Shown here: positions 38,901 through 52,664 of the stretch, piece after piece | Layout: every line of letters starts with the position of its first letter | How positions within the stretch are numbered: the first letter of the stretch is position 1 | Assembly: GCA_036630325.1 (NCBI GenBank) | Contig: CP142731.1 | Span: forward strand, 496,001-560,000 | Length of the DNA stretch: 64,000 bases | From: Vairimorpha necatrix | Lineage: Eukaryota | Direction of reading: 5' to 3' | Translations under genes and position numbers: made by a program | Notes under the pieces: model-generated | Told to the model about the DNA's origin: nothing | Databases searched by the model: none | Seen by the model: the letters and a program-made list of their open reading frames with translations, nothing else

Positions 38901-40644
38901 GACAATCTATAAACAAGAAAAGGTCGAATTTTTATGCCATATAATAAGTCAAAATAAAGTTTATCCAAAGAATTCTGTTACACAGGGCATTGACAATACG
39001 GAAACTCCCCGAGATAGAAAGCAATTACAAGAATTCTTGGGTCTTATTAATTATTATAGGAAATTTATTAAAGGATTGCAATTATTGGAGCACCCTTATA
39101 TGACTTATTACAGGAAAAGAAAAAATATATATGGGACGAAGGTGCCAAAAAAGCATTTGAAGCATTAAAAGGGAAACTAAAGCGAAATCGAAAAAAAATC
39201 AACCTGACTTTAATAAGCCTTTTCAATTTGAAACAGACGCTTCTAATCATGGTATAGGAGCAATTTTATCACAAACTAATGAGAACGGGAGATACCCAAT
39301 AGCTTTTGCCTCAAGAAGATTGAAGGAGCTGAAAAGAAGTACAGCATTTCAGAAAAATTTTTTTTAGCAATCTTATGGGGACTTGAACATTTTAAGTATT
39401 TTGTGTATGGACACAGGTGAATGTAATTACGGACCACAAAGCGTTAGAGGTTATTAATAAAGGAGATATTGCATGCCCGAGAATTCAAAGGTGGTTAGAT
39501 AGGTTAAGCATGTTTGACTATGTTATCAAGTATAAAAAGGAAACGAGATGGTACACGTGGATTGCCTAAGTAGAAATACCACAAATATAGAGTCGGAAAA
39601 GGAAATGGAGAATAACAGGGTTGTAGAGGTAAATTACGTTATAATCAAGGAATGTAGGCAAAGGAAATTTATAAGTAGAATCCATGAAGAATGTCTACAC
39701 AATGGCGAAAAGACGATTAAACATAAACTACTTTTACAAGGTATTAATTTTAAAAATATGGATAAAATAATAAAGGAAGAGATTTCTAAATGTGTTATAT
39801 GCAAACAATATAATCCAAAAAAGAATAAAAAATTTGTTTTTGTAACGGCCCAAGAAGTAGGGGGAAAGGTAGCCATAGACATAATCGGACCAGTAGAAAA
39901 CCGTTATATAATATCTGGGATCGATTACTTCACAAGAAAAGGATTTGCCAAGATTATAGGCAGTAGGCAGGATAGTAATGTTCTTAATTTCGTGAAAGAA
40001 CTTCATAAAGATTTAAAAATCCAGATGCTAATTTTAGATCAGTCTAGAGAAAATCTGAGCAACAAAATCCAAGACTTTGCCAGAGAACAGAAATTCGAAC
40101 TGCATTATACCTCCCCGTTCCATCATCAATCTGGTGGACGGGTTGAAAGATTTAACAGAACGTTGCAAGACTTGATATATAAAAATAAAAATGATAGCCT
40201 TCTTACTAATAAAGTAATTAAAGCGGTAAAGGTATATAATGAGTCATATCACACTGGGATAGAGATGACCCCAGAAGAAGCGGTGAAAGAAGAAAATCAT
40301 CAAAAATTAAGAGAAATACAATTCAAAAAAAGAATTAAATTCAATAAAAAGAACTCCAACAAAGAGAGAGAGGAAATATTTAAAAATGGAGATATTGTTT
40401 TAATTAAAGAAGAAGCAGGCTTGACTAAAGGTAAGCCCAGATTTAAAGCTAGAGGAATAATTGTTAGTAATGCAGGTGAAAGTTCATACAACATTAAGGT
40501 GAAAAAATAGATAATCAAAAGACACGCCTCACAACTTAAGTTAATTATAGACGAGCTTTCCTCTTGACCAGTGGGATGTTGTTATTATTTAAAAATTTAT
40601 ATTTTTACCCCTTAATTTTATGAACAGTGAGCATGGAAACAAAA
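35936..40644 (+). mobile_element. Ty3/Gypsy element F, 68-bp LTRs
   Basis: LTRs 35936-36003 and 40577-40644; TSD gtgtt; PBS TGGTGGAGAATG; CYNCGKSGHISRYC, YVDD, integrase. Confidence 0.9.
37469..38681 (+). mobile_element. Merlin transposon in RT of element F
   Basis: TIR GGCGCTACTTCATTTTCTTGCCCC; perfect TSD gattatac; VQFDET, ISDGYPS. Confidence 0.92.
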
Positions 40645-41614
40645 GTGTTAATAAACAATAAGGATTCTTTATCATGGGAGTACATTTACAGAGCTTTGAG
40701 GAATGTGAAATGCGAAAATGTACCAAGATATACAGAAGTAGCGCGAGGAGAGCAAATGGAGGTGGATGCGATTAGGAGAAAGGTATCCCAGAAAAAGAAT
40801 TGGAAAATGGAGAAGAAAGAAAAAATTAGGTGCTTTATTTGCGGACAAAAAGGCCATATAGTTGCTCAATGCAGATTTAATAGCCTCAGGAAGAATGTGA
40901 GAGAAATGGAGAAAGTGGAAGTAGATAAAGAATGTGATTCCAATAAAATTTTTTTTACTATTCCCTTTCAAGATTTAATGACACTAGAGTAACACTTAAG
41001 GCCGCATCATTGAATAATTCTGAAGCAAAATTTAAAGTACTGATCGATACAGGAGCAGATTTAAATCTGATTAGACCAGAATTGTTACTAAATAAAACTA
41101 TTGTTAGTCCGTCAAAACAACAACTTAGAGCAGCGAACGGGTCAAAGATAAAAATTATTGGGGAAACGGTAGCTAAGATTAAAATAGAAGGGATGATTTT
41201 TGAAGATAATTTTATTATAACAAGAGATATTACAATTCCATGTATCATAGGACATGGGCTACTTGATAAATACAAAGTAACTTTAAAATTTGGAGATAAT
41301 AGAATGGAGCTTAAATCCGTGTTAATGGCAAAGGGTAAAGCCATAGGTTACCACAAGATCATCATTAAAGAGGATAAACCAATACTAACACAGTTATACA
41401 ATTAGGTGGCGCAAAAGAGGACATAGCCTCTAAAATAGTAAAAGAATATCTGGACTTGGGAATCATAAGGCCAAGTGAAAGTGCATGGAGAAGTCCAATT
41501 ATTATTGTTCCAAAAAGAATGGGGCTCACATGTTATGTGTGGACTATAGAAGGCTGAATGATGCGACGATTAAAGACGCGTACCCAATGCCAAATGTAGA
41601 AGAATTCATAAATG

Positions 41615-41871
41615 TGTGGTATTATCCACATGTCAAGAAAATCATTTTTTCTGATAAAAACTTTTTCTAGAAAAAATGAATTTTCTAGAATTTTATTTTT
41701 TATAAATATTTATTTTTGAAAAGAAGGGCATGAGCTACGAGAAGAGAAGTCATAAGCAAAGCTATGACAGGTCAAAACTTAACAAAGACCAATACAGGCC
41801 AGAAGAGCCTATAATAAAAAATTATTTAGAAATGTATTTTAAACTGGGCAAAGTCCCCAGTAATAACGTCA
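41615..41871 (+). mobile_element. Solo LTR in RT of element E
   Basis: TGTGGTAT...ACGTCA; TSD aaatg; removal restores EEFINALEG. Confidence 0.85.
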
Positions 41872-44800
41872 AAATGCATTAGAAGGTGCTAGTTACTTTA
41901 CAAAATTGAATGTAGAATTGGGATATCATCAAATTGATATGGCGCCTTGTGATATAGAAAAGACAGCCTTCGCCTGTAGAGAAGGATTATTTGAATTTAC
42001 TTAAATGCCATTTAGGCTTGTCAATGGACCAGCTACATTTCAACGTGTCATGAACAATATCTTAAAAGAATTCTTATTTAAATTTGTTGTAGTATATATG
42101 GATGATATACTAATTTATAGTAAATCGGAAGAAGACCATAAGAGAGATGTTAAAAGAGTATTAGAAAACTTAAATCAGTAGGACTTAGGTTGGATAAAGA
42201 GAAGTGCGAATTTAATAAGACCCACTTAAAAATTTTAGGACACGTTATATCAAAGGAGGGAATAAGTGTTGACGAAGAAAGAGTTAAAAGCATTCAAGAA
42301 TTGCCAGTTCCTAAGAGTAAGAAGAAATTACAATCTTTGTTGGGGCTATACAATTATTGCTCTAAATTTATAAAAAATAGTCATAGAGTGGTTAGTCCAC
42401 TATTCGATATAATAAGACTCAAGAACGAGGAAGCGGATAGCTTCTGGAAAAATGCAGAGAATGATAAGGAATACTGCAAGGCAATAGAAGAGGTAAAACG
42501 GGCTATGAGGAGAACGGCCTTATTGACGATACCAAATTTAAAAGATAAGTTTATTTTTACTACAGATGCATCGAATGAGGGATGCGGGGCCACATTGGCG
42601 CAAATGTGTGACGGAAAAGAAAAGATTATATCTTATTACAGTTCTTTACATTCCAAGACAGAAAAAAACCATTTCACTACTGAGCAATAATTGCTGACAG
42701 TAACAAAATCTATTCAATACTTCAGAGAATATTTATTTTTTAGGGAAATTTACACTAAAAACGGAACATCAGGCTTTGAAATATATATTTAAGTCTAGGA
42801 ATGTCTAAGCTAGGTTGGCTAGATGGTCATTACTGTTACAAGAATATGATTTCGATATTGAATACATTACAGGACCATCAAACTATACAGACCACTTAAG
42901 CAGAGAATTTGAGAAACAGAAGGAGACTGTTTTAGAAGTAAATACAATACAAAAGAAAATAATTAAAAAGAAAGGACTTTAGTGCTATTGAAATTTTACC
43001 ATGATCTATTAGGTCATGGATCAAAACAAAATATGAAATATAATATTGGTCGAAAATTTACTTGGAAAAATATAGGCAGAGACATAGAAAACTACGTAGA
43101 TAATTGTGAGATTTGTCAAAAAGAACTACCCTAGAGGAAATTTAGTGACATTGTGCCATTTGTAACAAAGACTATTGGCGAAATTTGAAAAGTAGACATA
43201 GTAGGGCCCTTGAGAGAAAGCGAGCAAGGGTATAAATTCTTATTGACAATCATTGACCACTTTTCTAAAATTGCAGAGGTAGTGCCCATTTATACGAAAG
43301 ACATGAACACAATTATTATTTGGTAGATAAACATATAGTCAGGAAGTATGGTATTCCAAAGGCCATTTTATCCGATAATGGTAAAGAATTAAAAAATAAT
43401 ATCTGTGAGGAATATTCGTAGACCAAAAAATTCATCTGGAAATATGATTCCCCTTATAAACCTACAACCACGGGGCTTGTTGAGAAGTTTAACAGAACAA
43501 TAGCCATAAAATTAAGGAAGGTTACAGAATTCGGTAAATTTGATTGAACAAAATGTGTCCCTAAAGTAGTCAGAGCCTATATGCAATCATATCATAGGGC
43601 TATAGGGTGTGCAACAATAGAACTCTTAACAGGAATAGTTCCAAATAAGTTAGATATGCAAGAAGGAATGCATTTAACAAAGCATAGGAAAGAGTTTTAA
43701 GAGCAAGCAATTAAGAACTTGGAGGTTTACAGACGAGAATACGACACGAGTAAAAAGACCAACTCCACGGATAAAGATGCCATTAAGGTGGGAGATAGAG
43801 TTTGGTATTATTTAATTTTACCGTTCCGAGGAAAACTTGAACCAAAATGGGAAAAAGTAACGGTCGTAGAACTGCGATTTAATTCATTTATGGTGTTACT
43901 AGATAATGGCAAAACAGTTATGGCAAGTCTAAACCATGTTAAGCTTTTAAAGGTAGGGTAGTGTAGGGAGAGTGACACATGTCAAATCCAACTGTGACCA
44001 TCTTGAGAGATTTGACATGTCTGTCTTTAAATATTTTATAATAAATAAACCCATGTTTTCTCTCTGTGATGTACATTGCTACATCACATGAACAGATGTC
44101 AAATATGTCATCTGTCACTGATGTCCAAAGACATGTCAAGCATTTCAAGTTACATGTCAAGATGAGTCACACAAACAAACAAACAAACGAAAGTTGCATG
44201 GTCGTTACTACATTCGTAAGTACGCCAATGTTTGTAGGTTAGTGTTGACAAGAATCTTTAAATTAAAAATAAACTATAAAAGAAAGTCTGTCTGTGAAGG
44301 GTATGGAATATATAGAATCCAAGAGAGAGACTAAAACCATCAATAAACATATTTACATTAAAAACTATTTAGAGAGATATTATAAAAATGGCCATGTACC
44401 CCGGATACATGACACACTCCAACAAAAATAATTGAATAAATTTTAGATTTGTCTTTTTTTATTTTCCCCCCCTTTTTAAGAGGGGGGGGGTAACATCGCA
44501 ACTTAACCGAATGGAATAAATAGGACGAACACTTTTAATGCCTTCTTTAGTTCCTCTGTCTCACAAAATACCAAAAAGCGATGTAAAATCATCATCTTTT
44601 TTGATTCAAAAGAAATTCCAAAGTCTCTTTATATAATTTTTTTATATTTACTTTTTTTAATTTTAAATGCAGGTTTCAGACGGCCATGTACCGATTAAAG
44701 TATATAAAGAAATTCTAAAATGTTGGATTTTAATATCGAATCAATATTCGATTTTGTAGTATCTTTCTGATTTAATTTAATTTTTAAATTCTAATTCGTA

Positions 44801-45371
44801 TAATTATATGTACAACGATCGTTAGCTATCATTTCTTTGTTTTTATTCTTTGAAAAATTAAAAATGATACGAAATAAACAATAAACATTCATTGTGTATT
44901 GTATGTTATAAAAAATAACATACATATAGTTACAACATTAAAGATTCATCAGAAATTTTGACATAAAAATATCATAGATGTACAGATCTCAATAATTAAC
45001 TAAAATTTGTTGTGACAACTAGCATAATAATTTTTTTAAATAGAATTAAGGATATATACAGACAATATCAACTAGGTGCGGAAATTGTTTTTTATAACAT
45101 AACTTATTTTACTTTCGTTATCATTATAAAAAACATGACTTGTCATATTTGTCCTTTTAAATTTATATCTAAATTATAATCTTTTGTATCGATAAATTTG
45201 TTTCATTGTTTATGTTTGTGTGCGATATTGTTTATGTTTCATTGTAAGATTGTTTGAGATTGTTTGCAATATTGTTTATGTTTTATTTGTAAAATTTATT
45301 AAGTTTGATCATTAAAGAGTTACTTAAACAAACAAATAAAACTATAAGAAAAGAAAAAATTTGACCCCAAT

Positions 45372-46767
45372 ATGTTTTTCGTGAACTTGCTTATTCTTTT
45401 CATTAAAACAATAAGACCACTTACTGCTGTCATTGCAGAAGAAACATGCGAACAAATACCAGAAGACATTTGTAAGGCTGTAGGTAGACGAGGGGTTGTA
45501 GCAAATTCTACAAATATCAATGCAATGGTAAACTTATTAAATAAGATGAACATTGAAAAGGCCTATGTGTTTGGGTGGGAGATTGCCTAGAGACTATGGT
45601 ATTGTATTCTAATGGAGCTCTTGTCCCATACATCAAAGACAGAATCAGTAGTAAATACGCAATGTGCATAGGAGATTGTCCATGTAGACCTAAAATACTA
45701 GGTGAATCTACAAAAGAATGTTGTGCTTTTTTGGAAGAGAGACCTAAATCATGTTGCGGAACAAAGAATGTAGAATCCAAGACCTGTTGTAGATCAGATA
45801 AAAGGGCCGAAAGTCTATGCTCGTGCAATCAGATGCTAGTCAATAAATCTCGTTTTACAATGAAAAGCCAACCCCACGTGTCGTGTTGAAATACGAAATC
45901 ACAACATCATTCTGTAACATTAAAGATCATGAAGGTGAAATAGCAGAATCCAAAAAGTGTTTTCTAACTCAAGAAGCAGCGCCTTGTCAATTTAAAAGAT
46001 ATAAAGGTTCATGTTGTTACATTGACAAGAGATTGTGCTGTAAACAGACACGACCGAGAGCTTGCACCAATGATCGTAAAAATAATTGTAGATGTCATTT
46101 AAATAAAAGGCCGTGCTGCAGTTATGATTATAAACAGCATTGTTTTAAAACAAAAAGGTGTTGTATTGATAAAAACTCATACAATGATAAGTATCATAAG
46201 CGACGCCCTTGTGATAATGAACACTACGAAGAATCTCATGGATCAAGACAAGAAAGCGAGTCTTCTTCAGACATTTATATTCAGAGCTCGGAAGAATATT
46301 GTGACGTGAAAATAAATAATTGCTTAGTACCTCCTACTATCGAACATAATGAATATTTTCAAGAATTATTTTATGCCGATGAAGAAAGAAAAAATAAAAC
46401 GACGACAATAAAATCAAAATCTTTCGAATATAAGTCGGTCGAAGATGAAAATATTTCTTTAGCAGAAAATGAATACACATATCAACACACAAAAAAAGAA
46501 ATAGTCATTGACAAATGTGATGGTAAACTGTTGAAAATTCCTAGAAAATTATATGATTCATTCCTCATCTATCAAATTACTAGTAAACTCAGTTCCAAGC
46601 ATCGTATGCCCATGTGTCTATATATCACTGATGATGATTTATTATTCGTGATGATAAATCATAAGATGTATCACGTAGACATAACATGTAGAAAGTTAGT
46701 ACTTGAAGAAGTATGTAATAAAGATAGGGAAATGCTTCAATTGCATCTCATAAGATTTATAAATTAA
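45372..46767 (+). CDS. EnP1: EnP1-like Cys-rich endospore/spore wall protein with two apparent frameshifts
   Basis: Hydrophobic N-terminus; MNIEKAYVFGW..MVLYSNGALVP..KYAMCIGDCPC recalls Encephalitozoon EnP1 (from memory); CCC motif just upstream of ATG. Confidence 0.75.
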
Positions 46768-47726
46768 ATAAATGCTTAGTGTAACATATTTTCTCAATAC
46801 ACAAAAAACCACTTTTCTTTAACACTTCTTTTTTTTTCTAATATATTACTATTAAAGTAATGACTTTAAAGTTTGAATTTGAATCTTATAATAATGGGTC
46901 TTTGTAAAAAAAACTCATGTCTTTTACAAGCGTGAAATATGCATTATTTATTTTTTATGAAAATTATATTAATAGAGTTTATTTCTAAATGAAATTAACT
47001 CGAACAAATATAATAATACTAATCTACACAAAAACTTCGTTTAGATTATTTTAAACTAAAATTTATCTTAATCATCATTATTTTTTTTTCTTGGATTATA
47101 TACTTATATAATCATTCTTTTGTTGTAGAAGGTCCCCGTATTATTAGACGTGAAATTTTATGAGTTATGGAAGATATAGAAATAATATATTTATTTCAAA
47201 TCATCAAAATGTATTTTGTTATTGACAATTCATTATATACAGTAATATAGCAAAGAAATTTTTAGTTATAATTCGCATTGAATGGGTCCTGCGATATATT
47301 TATTGATATATTTTGTAGAGACCAGGGCATAATCATATCATGAGACTTAAAAGCATCGGTATTAGAGTATAGTTTTTTGTACTTACAAATTGGGATATGA
47401 TACATAAAGAATAATTCCACCTTTAGATCATTTTTACTATAAGTCGGTTCTTTAGCGGATTAACAAACTCTGATTGAACTTTCTATTTTTATACAAACCC
47501 ATTTTTGTGGCTATAAAGTCAATGATGGCATTATACTTTTTATATATCTACTTCTACTATATTACACCAATAATGTTAAATGGTTTTTATTTTTTTCGTG
47601 TTTTAAACACACCAATTTTATAACTTTATACTTATTGTGTCATTAAGATTTAATCTAGTTGAGATTCTCAAACTGATTTTTCGAAGAGCATGTACTATAT
47701 ATTTATACATTTTTATTCGAAGTATG

Positions 47727-48058
47727 TTTTGTAAAACTTAAATCCAATATATCATAAAGACATTTTTTAGAATTTTTTTAACATTTCCACAAAAAAAAAA
47801 ACGAAAACATATTACTCATAAAAATGTGCATAATAAATATAAAAAATTGAACCTAAAACATTTAGAAGATACCCCATTATTGTTTTTAAGTTGGTGTGAT
47901 TCAATTTTCTATTTCAGTTTTGCTTAGATGTAATTTCTACTTTTTTAGAAACCATGATTTTTCCTTTTTAAATTCACCCAACATAGGTCGAAGTTCATAT
48001 AAAAAAAACCGATGAACGAATCAAGTTGATAGCATTAAAAAAAAATGCATACGCTAGT
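47727..48058 (+). mobile_element. Decayed non-autonomous Helitron remnant
   Basis: Degenerate central block at ~47727-47790 and gcatacgctag 3' terminus. Confidence 0.6.
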
Positions 48059-51000
48059 GTACTTTTAAAATATTGTGAAAAAACAATAATCAAAAATTAA
48101 TACAATAATACTATCATAAAAAAAAATATGAAAATAACAAATTGAAAATTTATCCAGGAGTTTTCAAATTTTTTAAAAGGATGCAAAGGTCTTATTGAAG
48201 ATGATGAAAGTCGAGTTGTACAAAGGGAATTAAAATACTAGTAACTGGAGTGTCTTACACGATTATTAATTTTATATGATGAATAATGACTACTTTATTC
48301 AAGAAAAACTTTATAATATGAGAAAATGCATAAATGTTTTATGTAAATAGATATTGGAAGTCCAACATAACGTGTTTATGTTTGTCTGAAAAATACATTG
48401 TACTGTCCATGTTTCTAAAACATAAATTTTAAAAAATAATCGAATCGGCTCTGTATGTCTAAAAAAATTTAGATAAAAAAGATATTGCTGTAATTTTATT
48501 TCGGAAAGATTTTTAACACGAACCACATAAATCTGAACTCAAATAGGAAGTTTAAGCATCATATTAAATGCCCGAAACCGATAGGGTGCTTATACAAACA
48601 ACTATGTACATTCTGTCATTGTTTTTTACTTCTTCGTATTTCAATGTATTGATATGTTACACAAAAGCCAAATATCTATAATATAATTAATGCCAATAAA
48701 GAAATAATCCAGAAAAAAATTATAATTTATTATATAAAAATTCAAGCGTCAAATTCTACGTATAATGTAACATATAGACGTATAAATAAGAAAAACATGG
48801 AATTTACATTTTATGTGGCGTAAAATTACGCATAAAATGAAATTAATTATAGTTCTAAATTAAGTATTGATTATTTTTCAATAATAAATACCTAAAAACA
48901 TTTTAGATAGGTTTTTATTTAAATAAAAAAATCAGAATCTGCTAGTGTTTTATTAGAAATCAAAACCCAGTTGTAAATCTATATTTCATACATTGCAACA
49001 AAAAGAAAAATGATTCAATGATTTATTAAATATTATAACCATATTTAGTTGTCATTGTTTATAGCAAAAATAAATAAAGCTTATAGAAAACTTATGAACT
49101 GTAAAATACGTAATATTTTATTAACCAAACAGCTACAGTAAATATGCTGTTAGGCTAAGCTAGAAGACTGTACTGAGGCATTATACAGACAAAATTACTC
49201 AAAATGAATTTGGAACCCAGGCAGAAATTATATAATAAGGTACGGAAACGGAAATAATCATTGAAGCCCGATTCTAGGGGGTTTTCGGGTCGCACCCCCA
49301 AAACATCTAAAGCCATAAGACAATTTTCAATTTAAATATTTTTTATTTCACTAATTTAATGCAAAAATTATTTTCATATTTTTAATTTTTAGTCGAAATC
49401 TATTTATTTCATATTTATACGACTGTTTTTGATAAAGAAAATTTTCTTTATTAAATCAAGAGCTCATTCTCTAAAAAAAATTATTGTTTTCTTTTTTAGA
49501 CATTAAAATTCCTTTGTTTATATTTGTATGATATTTTCATAATTTTTTGTTAGAGACAATATATCCTGATAGACACAAAGACGTTTGACAAATTCAGAAA
49601 CATAATCTTAACAAATTTTAATTGAAGTTTTCACTAAACGGGGATTACTTGTAAATATTGTTAATTACAGTCAAACTAAATAGATACACGAGAGTTTAAA
49701 TAATTTAATGTTATTCTTAAGTTTTTAAATAGTTTTAAAACATATATATCAATGAAAAACTCAATATTTTAGAAATATATGTCTTTTTATAATTTCTTGC
49801 TATAGTATCCGATCAAATATTGACGAAACATATTTTTACAAGTAGAGATTTGTTTGTTTGCATAAATCATTAAAAACATTTATAAAGAAGGGATGAGAAA
49901 TTACTTAAAAAAATTTACAATTCTCGTAACAGCTACATCGATTTCCCACGTTAGTTATATACAGTTACAACCCCTCTTAAAGTAAAATTATATGTAAATG
50001 TCTTAAAAATTATCCCTCAAAAAAAATATTAATCTTTTTGTCGCGGCCAAATAAGGGGCCTGGTCATGATGGTATGTTGATTTATAATTTTTTTATGTGT
50101 TTCATCGTTTTATATATTAATTTTGTGGCTCAATGTTCATATTTTAGAAAATCCACTACTTTTGTTTGTATTTATCAAAAGCTAACAAAATATACCTGTA
50201 TAATTTTATATTTTTGTAGGGCTACTATCATGTCATAATGACATATCACATAAAATAAATCTGTCAAACATCTTATCACTGACTGGGAAACGTCGATAAA
50301 TAAACAAAAATATTTTTAGAGATATATTTATAATGTACGATACAAACAATTAGTATTCTTGTTAAACAAATTGTCATGTCCTCAAAACCATGACATCTGT
50401 GTTTTACTGTGTTAAAACTTTAATCAGTAAAACACTGCCCCGAACGAATAGTCTAAGGCGGTGATCTCTAACGATCGGACATGAAACGTTATGTTTCATA
50501 AATAAATATAAATAGTCCAAAAAAGTTTGAAGACACCGAGCATGAAGAGTAACTTTAATAACAAATCAAATAAAAAGAAATATAATACAAATATTTTAGA
50601 AATGTATTTAAAAGACGGAGATATTACTCCGGTTCATGTCACAAATAAACATTAAAAATAAAAGAAAGGCATGTAATCTAATCTAGAGCAAGGCCAATAA
50701 AGCTATCAGTAAGTGAAGCAATAAAAATATATTTTAAGAGCATATGTACTTTATACTACATAAATTAATATACAATTATACATGATGCATTTATTTGTGT
50801 TATACATCACAAACTCACCATGGAAAAGATATAATATATTTTTATGTGAGTATCAAAGTCAAAGTGTCATCTCACATCTTAAAAATGTCAAGTTTTTTGT
50901 TTATTTGTTTGGGTCAACAAATAAACAAAACAAATGTGTATTAGACAAAATAATTTTATATCTGAGAATTAGATAATAGATCATTTAATTTTCAGAATAA

Positions 51001-51380
51001 TCATAGTTTTAGATAAATATATAAGTTGTGTTCATGTATAATACTGTAGTATCATGTAGATTCAACTCTTTATAAAGCATCATTTAGAATTCATGTTTTT
51101 TATACAATTTTTACAAAATTATAAATGTTGCTAATCTCAGATCACAATTTTGATCAGTGAATCAGTGATTAATCAATCATTTGCTGATTTATTAAAATAA
51201 TTTTTTACCCTTGTAAAATTTTATTTCATCCAATCTGATATTATATCATTTATTAAGTATTTTTAAACAATTATAGTTTTCATATTTTATATTATAAGAA
51301 TTTGTATTAAGAAATATATTTATTTCTAATATTTTCATAAATACTGATTAAAATCAAATATATTGATTTTTAATACACAA

Positions 51381-52627
51381 CACCAGGTTGATTCTGCCTG
51401 ACGTAGACGCTATTCCCTAAGATTAACCCATGCATGTTTTTGATATGGAAAAATGGACTGCTCAGTAATACTCACTTTATTTAATGTATTAAATTAGTAT
51501 AACTGCGTTAAAGTGTAGCATAAGACATATACAGTAAGAGTGAGACCTATCAGCTAGTTGTTAAGGTAATGGCTTAACAAGGCAATGACGGGTAACGGTA
51601 TTACTTTGTAATATTCCGGAGAAGGAGCCTGAGAGACGGCTACTAAGTCTAAGGATTGCAGCAGGGGCGAAACTTGACCTATGGATTTTATCTGAGGCAG
51701 TTATGGGAAGTAATATTCTATTGTTTCATATTGTAAAAGTATATGAGGTGATTAATTGGAGGGCAAATCAAGTGCCAGCAGCCGCGGTAATACTTGTTCC
51801 AAGAGTGTGTATGATGATTGATGCAGTTAAAAAGTCCGTAGTTTATATTTAAGAAGCAATATGAGGTGTACTGTATAGTTGGGAGAGAGATGAAATGTGA
51901 CGACCCTGACTGGACGAACAGAAGCGAAAGCTGTACACTTGTATGTATTTTTTGAACAAGGACGTAAGCTGGGAGGAGCGAAGATGATTAGATACCATTG
52001 TAGTTCCAGCAGTAAACTATGCCGACGATGTGATATGATATTAATTGTATTAGATGATAGAAATTTGAGTTTTTTGGCTCTGGGGATAGTATGATCGCAA
52101 GATTGAAAATTAAAGAAATTGACGGAAGAATACCACAAGGAGTGGATTGTGCGGCTTAATTTGACTCAACGCGAGGTAACTTACCAATATTTTATTATTC
52201 AGAGAAGATTTATAATCTGAGAATGATAATAGTGGTGCATGGCCGTTTTCAATGGATGCTGTGAAGTTTTGATTAATTTCAACAAGACGTGAGACCCTTT
52301 TATTAATAGACAGACACAATCAGTGTAGGAAGAAAAGGATTAAAACAGGTCCGTTATGCCCTCAGACATTTTGGGCTGCACGCGCAATACAATAGATATA
52401 TAATCTTTATGGGATAATATTTTGTAAGAGATATTTGAACTTGGAATTGCTAGTAAATTTTATTAAATAAGTAGAATTGAATGTGTCCCTGTTCTTTGTA
52501 CACACCGCCCGTCGCTATCTAAGATGATATGTGTTGTGAAATTAGTGAAAACTACTTGAACAATATGTATTAGATCTGATATAAGTCGTAACATGGTTGC
52601 TGTTGGAGAACCATTAGCAGGATCATA
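51381..52627 (+). rRNA. Microsporidian SSU (16S-like) rRNA
   Basis: caccaggttgattctgcctgac start, gtgccagcagccgcggtaa, gtacacaccgcccgtc, aagtcgtaac, ggatca; ~1.25 kb. Confidence 0.98.
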
Positions 52628-52664
52628 ATAAGTTAAATTTAAATTAATTTTAATTATTAAATTT

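Larger units (their letters stand above)
32809..44424 (+). mobile_element. Ty3/Gypsy element E carrying nested insertions
   Basis: 5' LTR 32809-32916 (internally deleted), 3' LTR 43962-44424; TSD gaaat/aaaat; PBS TGGCGAC; gag reads through once inserts are removed; CFICGQKGHIVAQC, DTGA, YMDD. Confidence 0.88.

Noticed and set aside
46800-51380. 5S rRNA or tRNA gene upstream of the SSU
   Set aside because: No recognisable 5S or tRNA fold by eye; needs cmsearch or tRNAscan to exclude.
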